A stretch of DNA of 24,499 bases from a bacterium (lineage in GTDB: Bacteria > Zhuqueibacterota > Zhuqueibacteria > Zhuqueibacterales > Zhuqueibacteraceae). Shown piece after piece: positions 1-8,670 of the stretch. Location: NCBI GenBank assembly GCA_044869275.1, contig JBIOXB010000074.1, positions 1 to 24,499 of the forward strand. The letters are read 5' to 3'. Made by a program: the position numbers and the translations under genes. The first letter of the stretch is position 1. Each line of letters opens with the position of its first letter. The notes under the pieces were generated by a model that saw nothing but the letters and a program-made list of their open reading frames with translations, had not been told where the DNA came from and did no database searches.

Positions 1-170
1 TGGATTGTTGGATTGTTGGATTGTTGGATTGTTGGATTGCAGCATTCTCCATCAATCCAGTAATCCATCAATTCGACAATCCGTCAACCTCACAATCCAT
101 CGATCCATCAATCCAGTAATCCATCCATCCATCCATCCATCCATCCATCCAATACTCCATCACTCCATTC
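1..170. repeat. Palindromic 8-mer tandem-repeat element (TGGATTGT arm / AATCCATC-AATCCAGT arm) with an internal (CCAT)n run; truncated by the window edge
   Basis: 1-40 is TGGATTGT x4 plus TGGATTGC. About 48-170 consists of complementary AATCCANN/ACTCCANN units, and 121-150 is (CCAT)7.5. TCCATCAATCCAGTAATCCATC also occurs in the 8525-8656 element. Confidence 0.9.
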
Positions 171-3100
171 TTACTTCGGCCCAAAAATCAACGCGCCAAT
201 CGTTCCCACGTCCCACCACGATTGATTCTGATTGAATCCCGCCCAAATGTGTTGGTTCTTGCGATAATTCAAACCGTCATTGTCATTGATCGCCACGTCG
301 AAACCAATTTTATAACCGGGCTCGGCTTTTACGTTTTTCAAACTGGCGAGCGGAAAGCGGCAGATCATACTATAACCTTTGTCCGTGCGCATGAAGTACG
401 TTTCAGCGTTCGGGACTAAATTCGGTTTGGGCAATAATGGCCCGCCCGCGCCGCCGCCCTGCCATTGTTTCGCGCCGAAATCCGTGGTGCGATATTCTGC
501 CAGCGAGAGATGCCGGAACAAACCAGGAGAAGGTGGATCATGGCCCTGTTCGGAATTCGTTCTGGTATCCAACACCACTTCCATGCAATCCGTATCCCAG
601 GGATAACTCATCACCGGGAATTCCCAGTGCGAGATGAGCACATCATCGGTCACTTCCGCGCCGACGTAGACATAATCCTGATCGTACATGGCATAAATTT
701 TCGCCGACAAGTCTTCAACACCTTTCCAAGGTTGATTGCCCATGAGCAGGCGGCAAATCTGATTGGCTTTGTCAATGGTGATGGGATTCGTGCGATTCCA
801 GCCTTCCCAACTGCCGTCCAATGTTGGCGGCACTGGTGCAAAATGCGCCACACCAACGTAGAGGTCGCGCACGCTTTCGGATTGAAAATTCTCGCATGCG
901 AGACGCAACCGCGTGGGATAGAGCTGTTCTTTCGCGTTATAGCCTGTGAACTTGACCGGGACTGCCAGGCTCTGTGTTGCTTGCGGTTTCAAACGAAGAG
1001 TGCCGGCGAGCGGTGAAGCAATTTGCCAGGCGGGATCTGCAATGAGCAGTGGCGCAACCTGCAGCTCTTGCGCCGTGTGATTCGCCAGCTTGATCAACAA
1101 CGTCTCTTTTTCAGCGTTCGGCAACATCAAGTCTGCCGTCACCGGCGCTTTGACGCGCAGTGTGTGTTGCAGCGATTCCTTTCCAAAACTGATCAGCACG
1201 GAATAATTCACGGGCGGAGCCTCATTGGGAACACCAATCGGCACCTTGATCGTTTCAACGCTGCCCGGCGGAATGGTCTTGGTTTCCGACCGTACGCCGT
1301 TTATCCAACTCACAGAACGACGATTGGGAGTTGGAGATGTTTGCCTTTGTATCGGGCCTTTGTTCCAGGCCAGCAGGTTTACAATGCCACCCCACCAATC
1401 GAGCTGGCTCTGCACGTGTTCCGGCCAGTCCGGTGGCAGGGAGATTTTCACCTGGCCCGAGATCGCACCAGCGGCGGGATTCATCACGCGAATGGACAAT
1501 TGGTTTTGCATGCCCAGGAAAAGCGTGGTGTCTGCCGTAACCATCGCCACGCCGTCATTTTGCCGCAAGCGAATGAAGTCACCTTCTCTCTGGAAAGGCG
1601 AGGGCGCGTCGTTTATGATTACCGACTTTGTATCCGGAGCCCAAATTTTGAATTGACCAAAACGAGCAGGGGCAATGACAGCAAGCTTTTCGCCCTGCCA
1701 CGTGCATTCGAACTTATCCAGGGGAAGCGCTGAGGACAACAGTGTCACCTCTTCCCATTTCACCTCGTTCAGATTGAAGCCAGAGAGTAATGCCGGCTTG
1801 CCGTTTTCTCGCCGCAAGAGCCAGTAGCGCGTTTGATCGACCTCAGCAAATAGAATGTCCTCACTCGCCCCGCGCCGCACGCGATAGAGGTTGGGTGCCG
1901 CGTTCTTCTCAAATTCATTCACCGTTGGCGCTTGCTCATAAGCTTGAATCAGATGTGCGAAGCGCGTGGTGTCGGTGACGCGGCGGCTCATGAGCATGGG
2001 CACGGGCTTCGCTTCCTTCACCATCTGTTTGTAGAAGCCGCCAATCGGCGGGGTGATGGCTTGAAACACTTCAGTGCCCGGCTCCCCGATCGCTTTCACC
2101 AACAAACCTTTGTGATTCGCCAACACGAAATTGCCGCTCCAGGCTCCACCGGTTTTCCCCGCATAAACTTCGGTAAGCTGATCATAGCCGGGAATGCCGG
2201 GCGGATGGCCGAACAAATCAATGGGCTGCTTTTGCAAATGGATACCGCTGAGGGTCAAATTTCCAAAACTGTGCAGCGGCCAGTCCATGATGCGTTTTTC
2301 CGGACATGCGACGTCGAAAAGATCTATGAAGTAGTCTCCCACCTGCAACAGCGTGCGCGTGAGCCGCGCGCCGCCATAGGCGGTCTCTGAGGCGCCGGAT
2401 GCCAACTGCAATCCCGGCAAGGCGCCAAAAAATCTGCCATAGCCGTTGGTCCACGTTTGCGTGGTTTGATTCAGTACCACCGTGTTGTGCGCGATGCTTT
2501 GGCGATACCAAAGTTGCAGATTGGGATTGAAATAAGATTCATTCAGCGGATCGAGAATCCAGTTTTCCCCAAGCGCATAATAGCCCATTTGCAAACGATC
2601 GGGGTGCCCGTGCTCGCCGCCCATCAGGCCGTAATCGAGATAGAGATAGCGCCGCTCGCTGTCCTCCCGGTGGCGCAGAATCGCAAAGCCGTTGCCTTCG
2701 AGATTGAAGCTGTTTTCCGGATAAATGCTGGTCGTGTCTTTGGGAAAAGGCAGTTCGGGCACGAGATTGAACAGCGTGATCGGCGAACGCTTGCCACCCA
2801 GGCCGGATTCCTCCGCGACCACCTGTGTGCCACGCTTCACTTGGGTGAGGTGCAGCAACGCGAGATATTTCGGATCCCGATAAAGCGCATAACCGATTTC
2901 ATAAAACGTGGCGTACTCCAAAATATTTCCGCCGCCGCTGTCTTTGATGCGCGGAAATTCATAATTCGGCTTGATTAATTCGAAGGGCACGTCGAACATT
3001 TTTTTCATCGTGCGCCCGGCGATTTGGCGATGATACAGATCCATGCCGTTGTGGCGCGCCATTTCCGCGAGATGAATCATGCCGCGCAACGCGACGTAGT

Positions 3101-3968
3101 GATATCCCGGCCCCTCTGCCCAAAATCCGCTTTCGGGTGTCCCCGATCCCAATTGCCATTCGAAACCATACTGTCCTTTCATGGCAAATTCGATGAGCTG
3201 AGCATCGTGGTAAAGAAATCCCACGGCCGCCGAGACATTGTTGTACCACAGCTGGCGGTTGGAAGCCGATTCCGGAAACTTTTGCGTGATCTCTGCCAGC
3301 GGATAAAAAAACTTTTCCTTGAGCTGGCGATGATCGGTCGCGGTGAAGCCTTCGTAGTTATAGAGCAGGTCATAGCCATACGCCATATCCACGCCCCAGA
3401 AGGATTCCGAGAGCGTGCCGAAGAAAACATGCGCCGGGCCGAGGATGGTGTTGGTGGTGGGATATTTCAAATAGAGATCGGCGAATTGCATCAGAATCTC
3501 GCGGCCGGCCTCAGCGTATTTCTTGTCGCCGTGCACTTGATACAGCGTTCCCATCCAGACCAAATAAGTGGCAAGCTGGCGATTGTACCAGCCCGACCAT
3601 GCCGAGTCGTACTTCTCTCCGCGGTGCACTTCGGCGGTATCGACCGGACAGCGATGCTCATGCGGCCGGAACAATTCGTATTTCAATTCAACGTCGTGCT
3701 TGGGGCACGTGTACATTTTGTATTGATACGTCTGCTTGATCGGCGAAACGTAAATGGGGCGGCGTTTGAGAAAACGGTCGATTTCAGCCTGGTTTTGATC
3801 GAAGATTTTGCGGTACCAGGAATGCTGTTTGTACCAGCGTTGGGCTTGCGCAATATCTGCCGCATCGGCCATGAGACGGGGGTGGGAAGGTTTGGCCATG
3901 AGTGATCCGAAAGTGAGGAAGATCAGAAACAGGGAGACGTGGTCTTTAGAAAAAGCTGCAAGCGGCAT
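171..3968 (-). CDS. Exported multidomain heparinase II/III-family (alginate-lyase-like, PL17-like) protein with Ig-like middle region and C-terminal CBM9-like sugar-binding domain
   Basis: 1265-aa ORF with GAGGA RBS and a hydrophobic Sec signal. Lyase-fold motifs: [38 protein letters not shown]. The C-terminal PPTLDG...[21 protein letters not shown]...[11 protein letters not shown]...[11 protein letters not shown] is typical of CBM9-like domains. Confidence 0.85.
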   Translation of the reverse strand: MPLAAFSKDHVSLFLIFLTFGSLMAKPSHPRLMADAADIAQAQRWYKQHSWYRKIFDQNQAEIDRFLKRRPIYVSPIKQTYQYKMYTCPKHDVELKYELFRPHEHRCPVDTAEVHRGEKYDSAWSGWYNRQLATYLVWMGTLYQVHGDKKYAEAGREILMQFADLYLKYPTTNTILGPAHVFFGTLSESFWGVDMAYGYDLLYNYEGFTATDHRQLKEKFFYPLAEITQKFPESASNRQLWYNNVSAAVGFLYHDAQLIEFAMKGQYGFEWQLGSGTPESGFWAEGPGYHYVALRGMIHLAEMARHNGMDLYHRQIAGRTMKKMFDVPFELIKPNYEFPRIKDSGGGNILEYATFYEIGYALYRDPKYLALLHLTQVKRGTQVVAEESGLGGKRSPITLFNLVPELPFPKDTTSIYPENSFNLEGNGFAILRHREDSERRYLYLDYGLMGGEHGHPDRLQMGYYALGENWILDPLNESYFNPNLQLWYRQSIAHNTVVLNQTTQTWTNGYGRFFGALPGLQLASGASETAYGGARLTRTLLQVGDYFIDLFDVACPEKRIMDWPLHSFGNLTLSGIHLQKQPIDLFGHPPGIPGYDQLTEVYAGKTGGAWSGNFVLANHKGLLVKAIGEPGTEVFQAITPPIGGFYKQMVKEAKPVPMLMSRRVTDTTRFAHLIQAYEQAPTVNEFEKNAAPNLYRVRRGASEDILFAEVDQTRYWLLRRENGKPALLSGFNLNEVKWEEVTLLSSALPLDKFECTWQGEKLAVIAPARFGQFKIWAPDTKSVIINDAPSPFQREGDFIRLRQNDGVAMVTADTTLFLGMQNQLSIRVMNPAAGAISGQVKISLPPDWPEHVQSQLDWWGGIVNLLAWNKGPIQRQTSPTPNRRSVSWINGVRSETKTIPPGSVETIKVPIGVPNEAPPVNYSVLISFGKESLQHTLRVKAPVTADLMLPNAEKETLLIKLANHTAQELQVAPLLIADPAWQIASPLAGTLRLKPQATQSLAVPVKFTGYNAKEQLYPTRLRLACENFQSESVRDLYVGVAHFAPVPPTLDGSWEGWNRTNPITIDKANQICRLLMGNQPWKGVEDLSAKIYAMYDQDYVYVGAEVTDDVLISHWEFPVMSYPWDTDCMEVVLDTRTNSEQGHDPPSPGLFRHLSLAEYRTTDFGAKQWQGGGAGGPLLPKPNLVPNAETYFMRTDKGYSMICRFPLASLKNVKAEPGYKIGFDVAINDNDGLNYRKNQHIWAGFNQNQSWWDVGTIGALIFGPK

Positions 3969-4010
3969 GTGGTATCCTCATTCAAGGTTTGTTTCCTCTG
4001 AGAGCCTGCA

Positions 4011-4069
4011 ACCGCAAGGACGCAAAGAGCGCCAAGATTTTTTCTTCGCGTCCTTTGCGCCTTTGCGGT
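4011..4069. repeat. Palindromic ~9-mer tandem-repeat hairpin (CGCAAAG-type)
   Basis: Left arm ACCGCAAGGA-CGCAAAGAG-CGCCAAGA and right arm TCTTCGCG-TCCTTTGCG-CCTTTGCGGT are imperfect reverse complements around a short T-rich loop. Confidence 0.85.
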
Positions 4070-4114
4070 GAGCTTTTTGAGAAGCTTTTGAGTGGCTGCT
4101 CTGCATTGGACGTG

Positions 4115-5089
4115 TCAAAAGTCAAATTCTTCAAGCTGTTTTGCATTCGAAATTTGTTGAATGACGGCAGGCGGGGTCGTCCAATCGATGACGCCGAGAA
4201 ACAAACGAAAACCATCCGAGCCATGCCCGAGGCCCATCCGAAAATATCCCACCAGCCAGCGCTCGCCCTTGCGCTTGATGACTTCCATGGCGGTGAGGCC
4301 TTTGCCAATCGGCTGCCGCGGCTGTTCAGGCCATTGGGCGGGATGATCGGAGGTGACGTATGACCAGTATTCGATATGCCCGCCGAAAAAAAGCAGGTAT
4401 TTGCCATTCAACTCCTGCACGTTGCACGATTCCGGATGCGTTAAATCTTTTTCCATGTATGCCGGCCCTCGATCTTGCCAGTCGATGAGATTCTTCGAAA
4501 CCGCTCGTGCAATGCAGGCTTTGCCGGTATTGGTCACGGCGGTGTAATAAAGCCAGCACTCATGGTGATATTTGATCACATGCGGATCGCGGCACGCCGC
4601 ACCTTTTTGCGTGGGACAAAAGGCCCATCCATATTCCTCGGGACGAATCACCGGGCGCTGGCCCACGCGCTCCCAGTTGAATAGATCTTTTGAAACAGCC
4701 AGACCAATGCGCTGCGTGTTTTCCATCGTCACGCCGGTATAAAACATCCAATACGCGCCGTTTTCTTCAATGACAAACGGCGCAAACACGTGGCCATTAT
4801 CCCAGCCCTTGGGATCGATGTAGAAACAAGGCTCATGCGTCTCCCAGGTTTGAAAATCTCTCGTCGCGGCATGCCCGAACCAGATTTCATTCCCCGGCAG
4901 GCAACAGCTCACATTGGGAACACCGGCAATATGAAAGAGGTGATAGACGCCCTCTTTGTTGATCAAACAAAAATCTTTTAAATAGAAGCCGCGAGGGGCA
5001 TAGCCCGTTTTCAGCCAGTCCTGCTGATATTCGCGCTGGCTGTTGACGGCTTCGAGGTAGCATTCGTAATCGAGATTGCGGATGGGCAT
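4115..5089 (-). CDS. Five-bladed beta-propeller glycoside hydrolase (GH32/GH43-like), no signal peptide
   Basis: Motifs YLKDF..YHLFH, FGHAATRDFQTWE, WDNGHVFAPFV, RIGLAVSKDLFNWER, CRDPHV (RDP) and HPESC. ATG at 5089; an alternative TTG start lies at 5095. Confidence 0.8.
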   Translation of the reverse strand: MPIRNLDYECYLEAVNSQREYQQDWLKTGYAPRGFYLKDFCLINKEGVYHLFHIAGVPNVSCCLPGNEIWFGHAATRDFQTWETHEPCFYIDPKGWDNGHVFAPFVIEENGAYWMFYTGVTMENTQRIGLAVSKDLFNWERVGQRPVIRPEEYGWAFCPTQKGAACRDPHVIKYHHECWLYYTAVTNTGKACIARAVSKNLIDWQDRGPAYMEKDLTHPESCNVQELNGKYLLFFGGHIEYWSYVTSDHPAQWPEQPRQPIGKGLTAMEVIKRKGERWLVGYFRMGLGHGSDGFRLFLGVIDWTTPPAVIQQISNAKQLEEFDF

Positions 5090-5127
5090 ATTCAAGTTTC
5101 GCGTCGCGAGGTTTGTTTGGAATTACT

Positions 5128-5194
5128 GATACTGGAGGCTTGATGCTTGATACTGGATCCAGTATCCAGTATCCAGGATCCAACATCCAGCATC
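5128..5194. repeat. Palindromic 7-mer tandem-repeat hairpin (GATACTG / ATCCAGT)
   Basis: GATACTG-GAGGCTT-GATGCTT-GATACTG is followed by ATCCAGT-ATCCAGT-ATCCAGG-ATCCAAC-ATCCAGC-ATC. It abuts the stop codon of the DUF4432 gene. Confidence 0.85.
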
Positions 5195-6266
5195 AAAATG
5201 GGCTATCGATCGTCTCGGCGAGCCGATGTACCTGCTCGCGCCCCTCGACAACACCAAGCCGCAACACCGTCTCGCAAGATTCTCCCGGTGCCAGCATGCG
5301 CAAAGTGCCGCGCTGGCGTTCGGCCGCCCGGCCCATGACGAGACAGTTCGCCGGCTCGATGCCCAGAACATAAGTGCCCGCGCCCATTTGCTTCCATTGA
5401 ATCAACTCTGGCAATTCCCGTTGGCGATAGTTCACATATCCGGCTAATTGCAGATGATCATTGATTAGCGCAACCGTGACGAACCCGTCGGGCGCTGGCA
5501 AAGTCTCGTGAAAGAAAACTTGTTCGGCATAACCGGCTTGGGGAGAGGTCATCACGAGATGCGTGTCCATTCCGGGTTTGGCGGCATCATCACGAGGCTG
5601 GAACGATTTTTTCTTCATCACAAGATGGCTGCCCTCGGCCAACAAAGGAAAACCAAAGTTGCAGTGATAGAGCAGCATGAACGGCGCTTCACGATCGCCA
5701 AGATTTTCTATCGTATCCACGATTTGAAGATCGCTTTCACCCAGGCGCGTGGTCAAGCGCCGGGTCAATTGCAGATTGAAGCCAAATATAGAAGTTTCGC
5801 GCAACACCGCTTCGAGCCAGAGCTCGTATTCTTCTCCAAACCAGCGACCGCCGCAGCCAAGTAATTGTGCCGGCAGGTTCGAAGCGCGGCCGTGCTGGCC
5901 GTATTCGCCCCATTCATCACGGCCCGGAGAACCGACGTTGGTCAGCCCGCAGGTATTCAACCACCCGCCGTGAAAATTGCGCATCCAGCCCGTGCCTTCA
6001 GATTCATAAAATGATGGGGAAGTGATGCCGCCGGCAGATTGCCACGCCAACGGCATGCCCCTGTAACCGGCGTGGTGAATATCCAAGCCGCGATCGAGCA
6101 GCACGGTGAAGGCAAAACCCGATCCGGTTCTGAAGTCGGCGAGGCGCACGCCCCGGCCGGGACCGTCGCTCAGTTCAGACAATCGCACATCGGCAATCTG
6201 GCGAATATCGCCGGTGTGGCGGAGCAGTTCTGCGCGCGTCCAAGTTTTGCCGAAAAGAGTGGCCAT
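5193..6266 (-). CDS. Aldose 1-epimerase-like protein (DUF4432 family)
   Basis: Family motifs FTVLLDRGLDI, WMRNFHGGWLNTCGL, QHGR, FMLLYHCNFGFPL, QWKQM..GTYVLGIEPAN. Start placed at ATG 6266 (MATLFGKTWTR) because the longer ORF start at 6308 lies inside a repeat element. Confidence 0.85.
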   Translation of the reverse strand: MATLFGKTWTRAELLRHTGDIRQIADVRLSELSDGPGRGVRLADFRTGSGFAFTVLLDRGLDIHHAGYRGMPLAWQSAGGITSPSFYESEGTGWMRNFHGGWLNTCGLTNVGSPGRDEWGEYGQHGRASNLPAQLLGCGGRWFGEEYELWLEAVLRETSIFGFNLQLTRRLTTRLGESDLQIVDTIENLGDREAPFMLLYHCNFGFPLLAEGSHLVMKKKSFQPRDDAAKPGMDTHLVMTSPQAGYAEQVFFHETLPAPDGFVTVALINDHLQLAGYVNYRQRELPELIQWKQMGAGTYVLGIEPANCLVMGRAAERQRGTLRMLAPGESCETVLRLGVVEGREQVHRLAETIDSPF

Positions 6267-6286
6267 GGTTTCTAATCTTTGAATAG

Positions 6287-6352
6287 AAAATCGAACCCCA
6301 TAGCCCAAAATTCAAAACAAGCTTTGGATTTTGTGCTTTGCACTTTGGGTTT
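6287..6352. repeat. Palindromic 7-mer tandem-repeat hairpin (AAAATCC / GGATTTT family), degenerate
   Basis: Right arm TTTGGAT-TTTGTGC-TTTGCAC-TTTGGGT and left arm AAAATCG...AAATTCAAAA. It shares GATTTTGTGCTTTG with the reverse complement of 9531-9562. Confidence 0.7.
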
Positions 6353-6366
6353 CCGTCTTGTTCGGG

Positions 6367-7035
6367 TCATGGGTATTCATTGCACAGATAATACAACGGC
6401 GGCTCGTCTTCTTCAATTTTTGGAAAGCGGCCGACTGGCGCCAAAAAACGATTATCTTTTTGGTCATCGTTTACACGCGAAACTTCGCCGATCAAAACCA
6501 CGCCTTTGCCTGCGGCAGCATAGAACTGATGGTACATGCGCGGCGGCAAAGTAATGCTTTCACCGGGCCGCAACACAATTTTGCCCTGCGCCGGCACCGT
6601 GCGGGCAATGCCATCGGTGAGCACGGTGACCGGCGTGTCGGCCAGCTGTTCGTCTGCAGTGGAATGGCATACTTCGATCACCAATTCGCCGCCGCCGCGA
6701 TTGATGATGTCTTCCATTTTGTGCCAATGAAAATGCCAGAGCGTCACCTGCGCTTCGCGCGCCATCATCACTTTCTCGCAATAGTCTTTTCCGCCGGCGC
6801 CGCCCATCTGGCCGTTGCGCACAGTGAATAGGACCAGACCCATTTCGTAAAATTTTCCCAGGCCGAAGTCGGTCAAATCCCATCCGAGTTTGTTGTCGAT
6901 GATTTCCTGCGCATGCGGGCGATGTTTTTGCCACTCCTTTTTTGACCAAAAGGCCCAGGGCGGCAAATGGAACTGATGCTGCTTGAAAAAGGCAACTGCC
7001 TCGCGTTGTAGCGTGTTGATTTCGGAGCGTTTCAT
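6367..7035 (-). CDS. D-lyxose/D-mannose family sugar isomerase (cupin)
   Basis: MKRSEIN N-terminus, LGWDLTDFG, YCEKVM, HFHWHKMEDIINRGGG metal motif, PGESITL..YHQF, GEVSRVNDD..DNRF and IEEDEPPLYYLCNEY. Confidence 0.92.
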   Translation of the reverse strand: MKRSEINTLQREAVAFFKQHQFHLPPWAFWSKKEWQKHRPHAQEIIDNKLGWDLTDFGLGKFYEMGLVLFTVRNGQMGGAGGKDYCEKVMMAREAQVTLWHFHWHKMEDIINRGGGELVIEVCHSTADEQLADTPVTVLTDGIARTVPAQGKIVLRPGESITLPPRMYHQFYAAAGKGVVLIGEVSRVNDDQKDNRFLAPVGRFPKIEEDEPPLYYLCNEYP

Positions 7036-7086
7036 GATTGCTTCAACCTCGTGAGTCCTACAACGTTAAGTTCGGGATTTCGCCAT

Positions 7087-7348
7087 AAAACCCGAAGATG
7101 TCATTCCCCAGGAATCAGACTGTGTGAGAACTTGGGAATGCCGCACCCTGAGCTTGTCGAAGGGTGCCAAGTTCAAAAATCCGGCTTCGACAAGCTCAGC
7201 CGGCGTTGAAGCCAATCGTTTTCACACAGTCTGAATCTTGGTTAGCGCTCTTCACGGCACTGCAAAAAGCATCGTTGGGCAATTACACTTGAAATCGGTA
7301 TGGTGCAGGAGTCAACCAAGATCCCTCCGGGATGACATTTCGGGGTTT
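7087..7348. repeat. REP-like inverted doublet (ATGTCAT...ATGACAT family), left arm interrupted by a MITE
   Basis: After removing 7116-7236 the left arm reads ATGTCATTCCCCAGGAATCTTGGTT. This matches the reverse complement of 7314-7338 (ATGTCATCCCGGAGGGATCTTGGTT) at 21/25. Pairing extends outward through AAACCCGAA/TTCGGGGTTT. Confidence 0.85.
7116..7233 (+). mobile_element. 118-bp MITE-like non-autonomous element, copy 1
   Basis: Terminal inverted repeats CAGACTGTGTGAGAAC / GTTTTCACACAGTCTG, flanked by an AAT direct repeat (7113-7115 and 7234-7236). It is 107/118 identical to the reverse complement of 21924-22041 by manual ungapped alignment. Confidence 0.88.
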
Positions 7349-8514
7349 AGGATATGCGCTTCTTCAGGTGTAACTGTCCTGCCACTCTTGCTCGACTCCA
7401 GTGCCGCCGTCAAGATTTTATGTTGTAGCAGCGTCTCTTCCGGGGTGATGCAGCCGAATGGCATGCCGGCTTTCGGCTCATGCAGTTCGTCGATGAAAGC
7501 CGCCCACATTTGCAGAATGGCGTCAGTGAAGCCAAATTCAAAAATCGATCCGGTTACGGTGGCATAGGCGGAGGCAAAGCCGAGATCTTCGTGCTGCCAA
7601 ATCTGTTGGGCGCCATTCTCATAGCGCATGGTTTGCAAAGTCTTGGTGAATTTCGTGCTGTAGCGTGCGCTGAATTTGGTGCCGATGATTTCGATATACC
7701 ACGTGTCCGTTTCGCCCGGCGCAATGCGATAGGTTTTAACCGTCATCGGAAAACTGTAACCGGCAGTGGGGTGCCGCACTTCGCATTGCAGCGTAGCGTT
7801 GTCCCAAGTTTCGCAAGGCGCCATGCCGCCCTTGCCATCGGGGCGCTCTGTGACAATTTTTGCAAGCGCGGCGTATAAACGCGAGGGGATCCACCGCGCG
7901 CGCAGCGGCAGGTGCAGCGCGTGCATGCCGAGATCCCCCAGACAGCCATACTCGCCGTTGCAGGCGAGCATGCGTTTCCAATTGATGGGTTTGTTGAAAT
8001 TCAAATCAGAGGAATGGAGATAGCCGCTGTGCACTTCAATGATGCGGCCCCAGGGATTTTCCAAGATATATTTGTGAATTTGATGGCCGCCGGGATAGAA
8101 GGGATATTCCGAGGAGCAGCGCACGAAGATTTGCGGATGTTGCTGAATGGCCGATAGAATTTTTTGATTGGCCGCGAGATCGATGCCGAATGGTTTCTCG
8201 CCGAGCAAGTGCTTGCCCGCAGTGATGATGTCGCAGTAGATCTTCTCATGCAAATGGTGCGGCACCGCACAATAAATGGCCTCGACTTCCTTGGCCGCGA
8301 GCAAATCATGATAGTTCGTCGTGACGATTTTGATCGAGGAAAAATTATCCGTGTACCACCCCAACAATTTTTCATTGAGATCACAAATCGCCACAATTTC
8401 GGGCTGTGCCTTTGTGTCCAGCAGCGCGGGCCAGCGGGCGGAAGCCACAGCAAATTCGCGGCCCATCAAACCGCAACCAACAACTCCGAACCGGATTTTT
8501 CGTTTGACCGCCAT
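7312..8514 (-). CDS. Gfo/Idh/MocA family NAD(P)-dependent sugar oxidoreductase
   Basis: Rossmann motif FGVVGCGLMG, YCAVPHHLH, AGKHLLGEKP and catalytic GCLGDLGMH. No signal peptide. Confidence 0.93.
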   Translation of the reverse strand: MAVKRKIRFGVVGCGLMGREFAVASARWPALLDTKAQPEIVAICDLNEKLLGWYTDNFSSIKIVTTNYHDLLAAKEVEAIYCAVPHHLHEKIYCDIITAGKHLLGEKPFGIDLAANQKILSAIQQHPQIFVRCSSEYPFYPGGHQIHKYILENPWGRIIEVHSGYLHSSDLNFNKPINWKRMLACNGEYGCLGDLGMHALHLPLRARWIPSRLYAALAKIVTERPDGKGGMAPCETWDNATLQCEVRHPTAGYSFPMTVKTYRIAPGETDTWYIEIIGTKFSARYSTKFTKTLQTMRYENGAQQIWQHEDLGFASAYATVTGSIFEFGFTDAILQMWAAFIDELHEPKAGMPFGCITPEETLLQHKILTAALESSKSGRTVTPEEAHILNPEMSSRRDLG

Positions 8515-8524
8515 GGAAATTTTC

Positions 8525-8656
8525 TGGATCGTTGGAATACTGGATTGCTGGATCGTTGGATTGCTGGATTAATGGATTGATTGAATAAGCTTCTGTTTTC
8601 TGGCAACCCAACTATCCATCAATCCAGTAATCCATCACTCCAACACTCCATCACTC
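8525..8656. repeat. Palindromic 8-mer tandem-repeat element, same family as 1-170
   Basis: TGGATCGT-TGGAATAC-TGGATTGC-TGGATCGT-TGGATTGC-TGGATTAA-TGGATTGA, then a short spacer, then TATCCATC-AATCCAGT-AATCCATC-ACTCCAAC-ACTCCATC. Confidence 0.9.
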
Positions 8657-8670
8657 CCGTTGTCTTGTCT

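Noticed and set aside
1..170. Possible CRISPR array or coding ORF (5..235, 76 aa)
   Set aside because: The units are 4-8 bp with no unique spacers and no cas genes. The ORF is simply the translation of the repeat (LDCWIVG/HPSI) and overlaps the lyase gene end.
3982..4407. 141-aa minus-strand and 124-aa plus-strand ORFs spanning the GH/lyase junction
   Set aside because: They overlap the GH gene in other frames and run through the 9-mer repeat. Peptides such as RKDAKSAK and QRRKGRE are repeat translations.
6267..6308. Longer N-terminus of the DUF4432 ORF
   Set aside because: The upstream start lies within the 7-mer repeat element; family-like sequence begins at ATG 6266.
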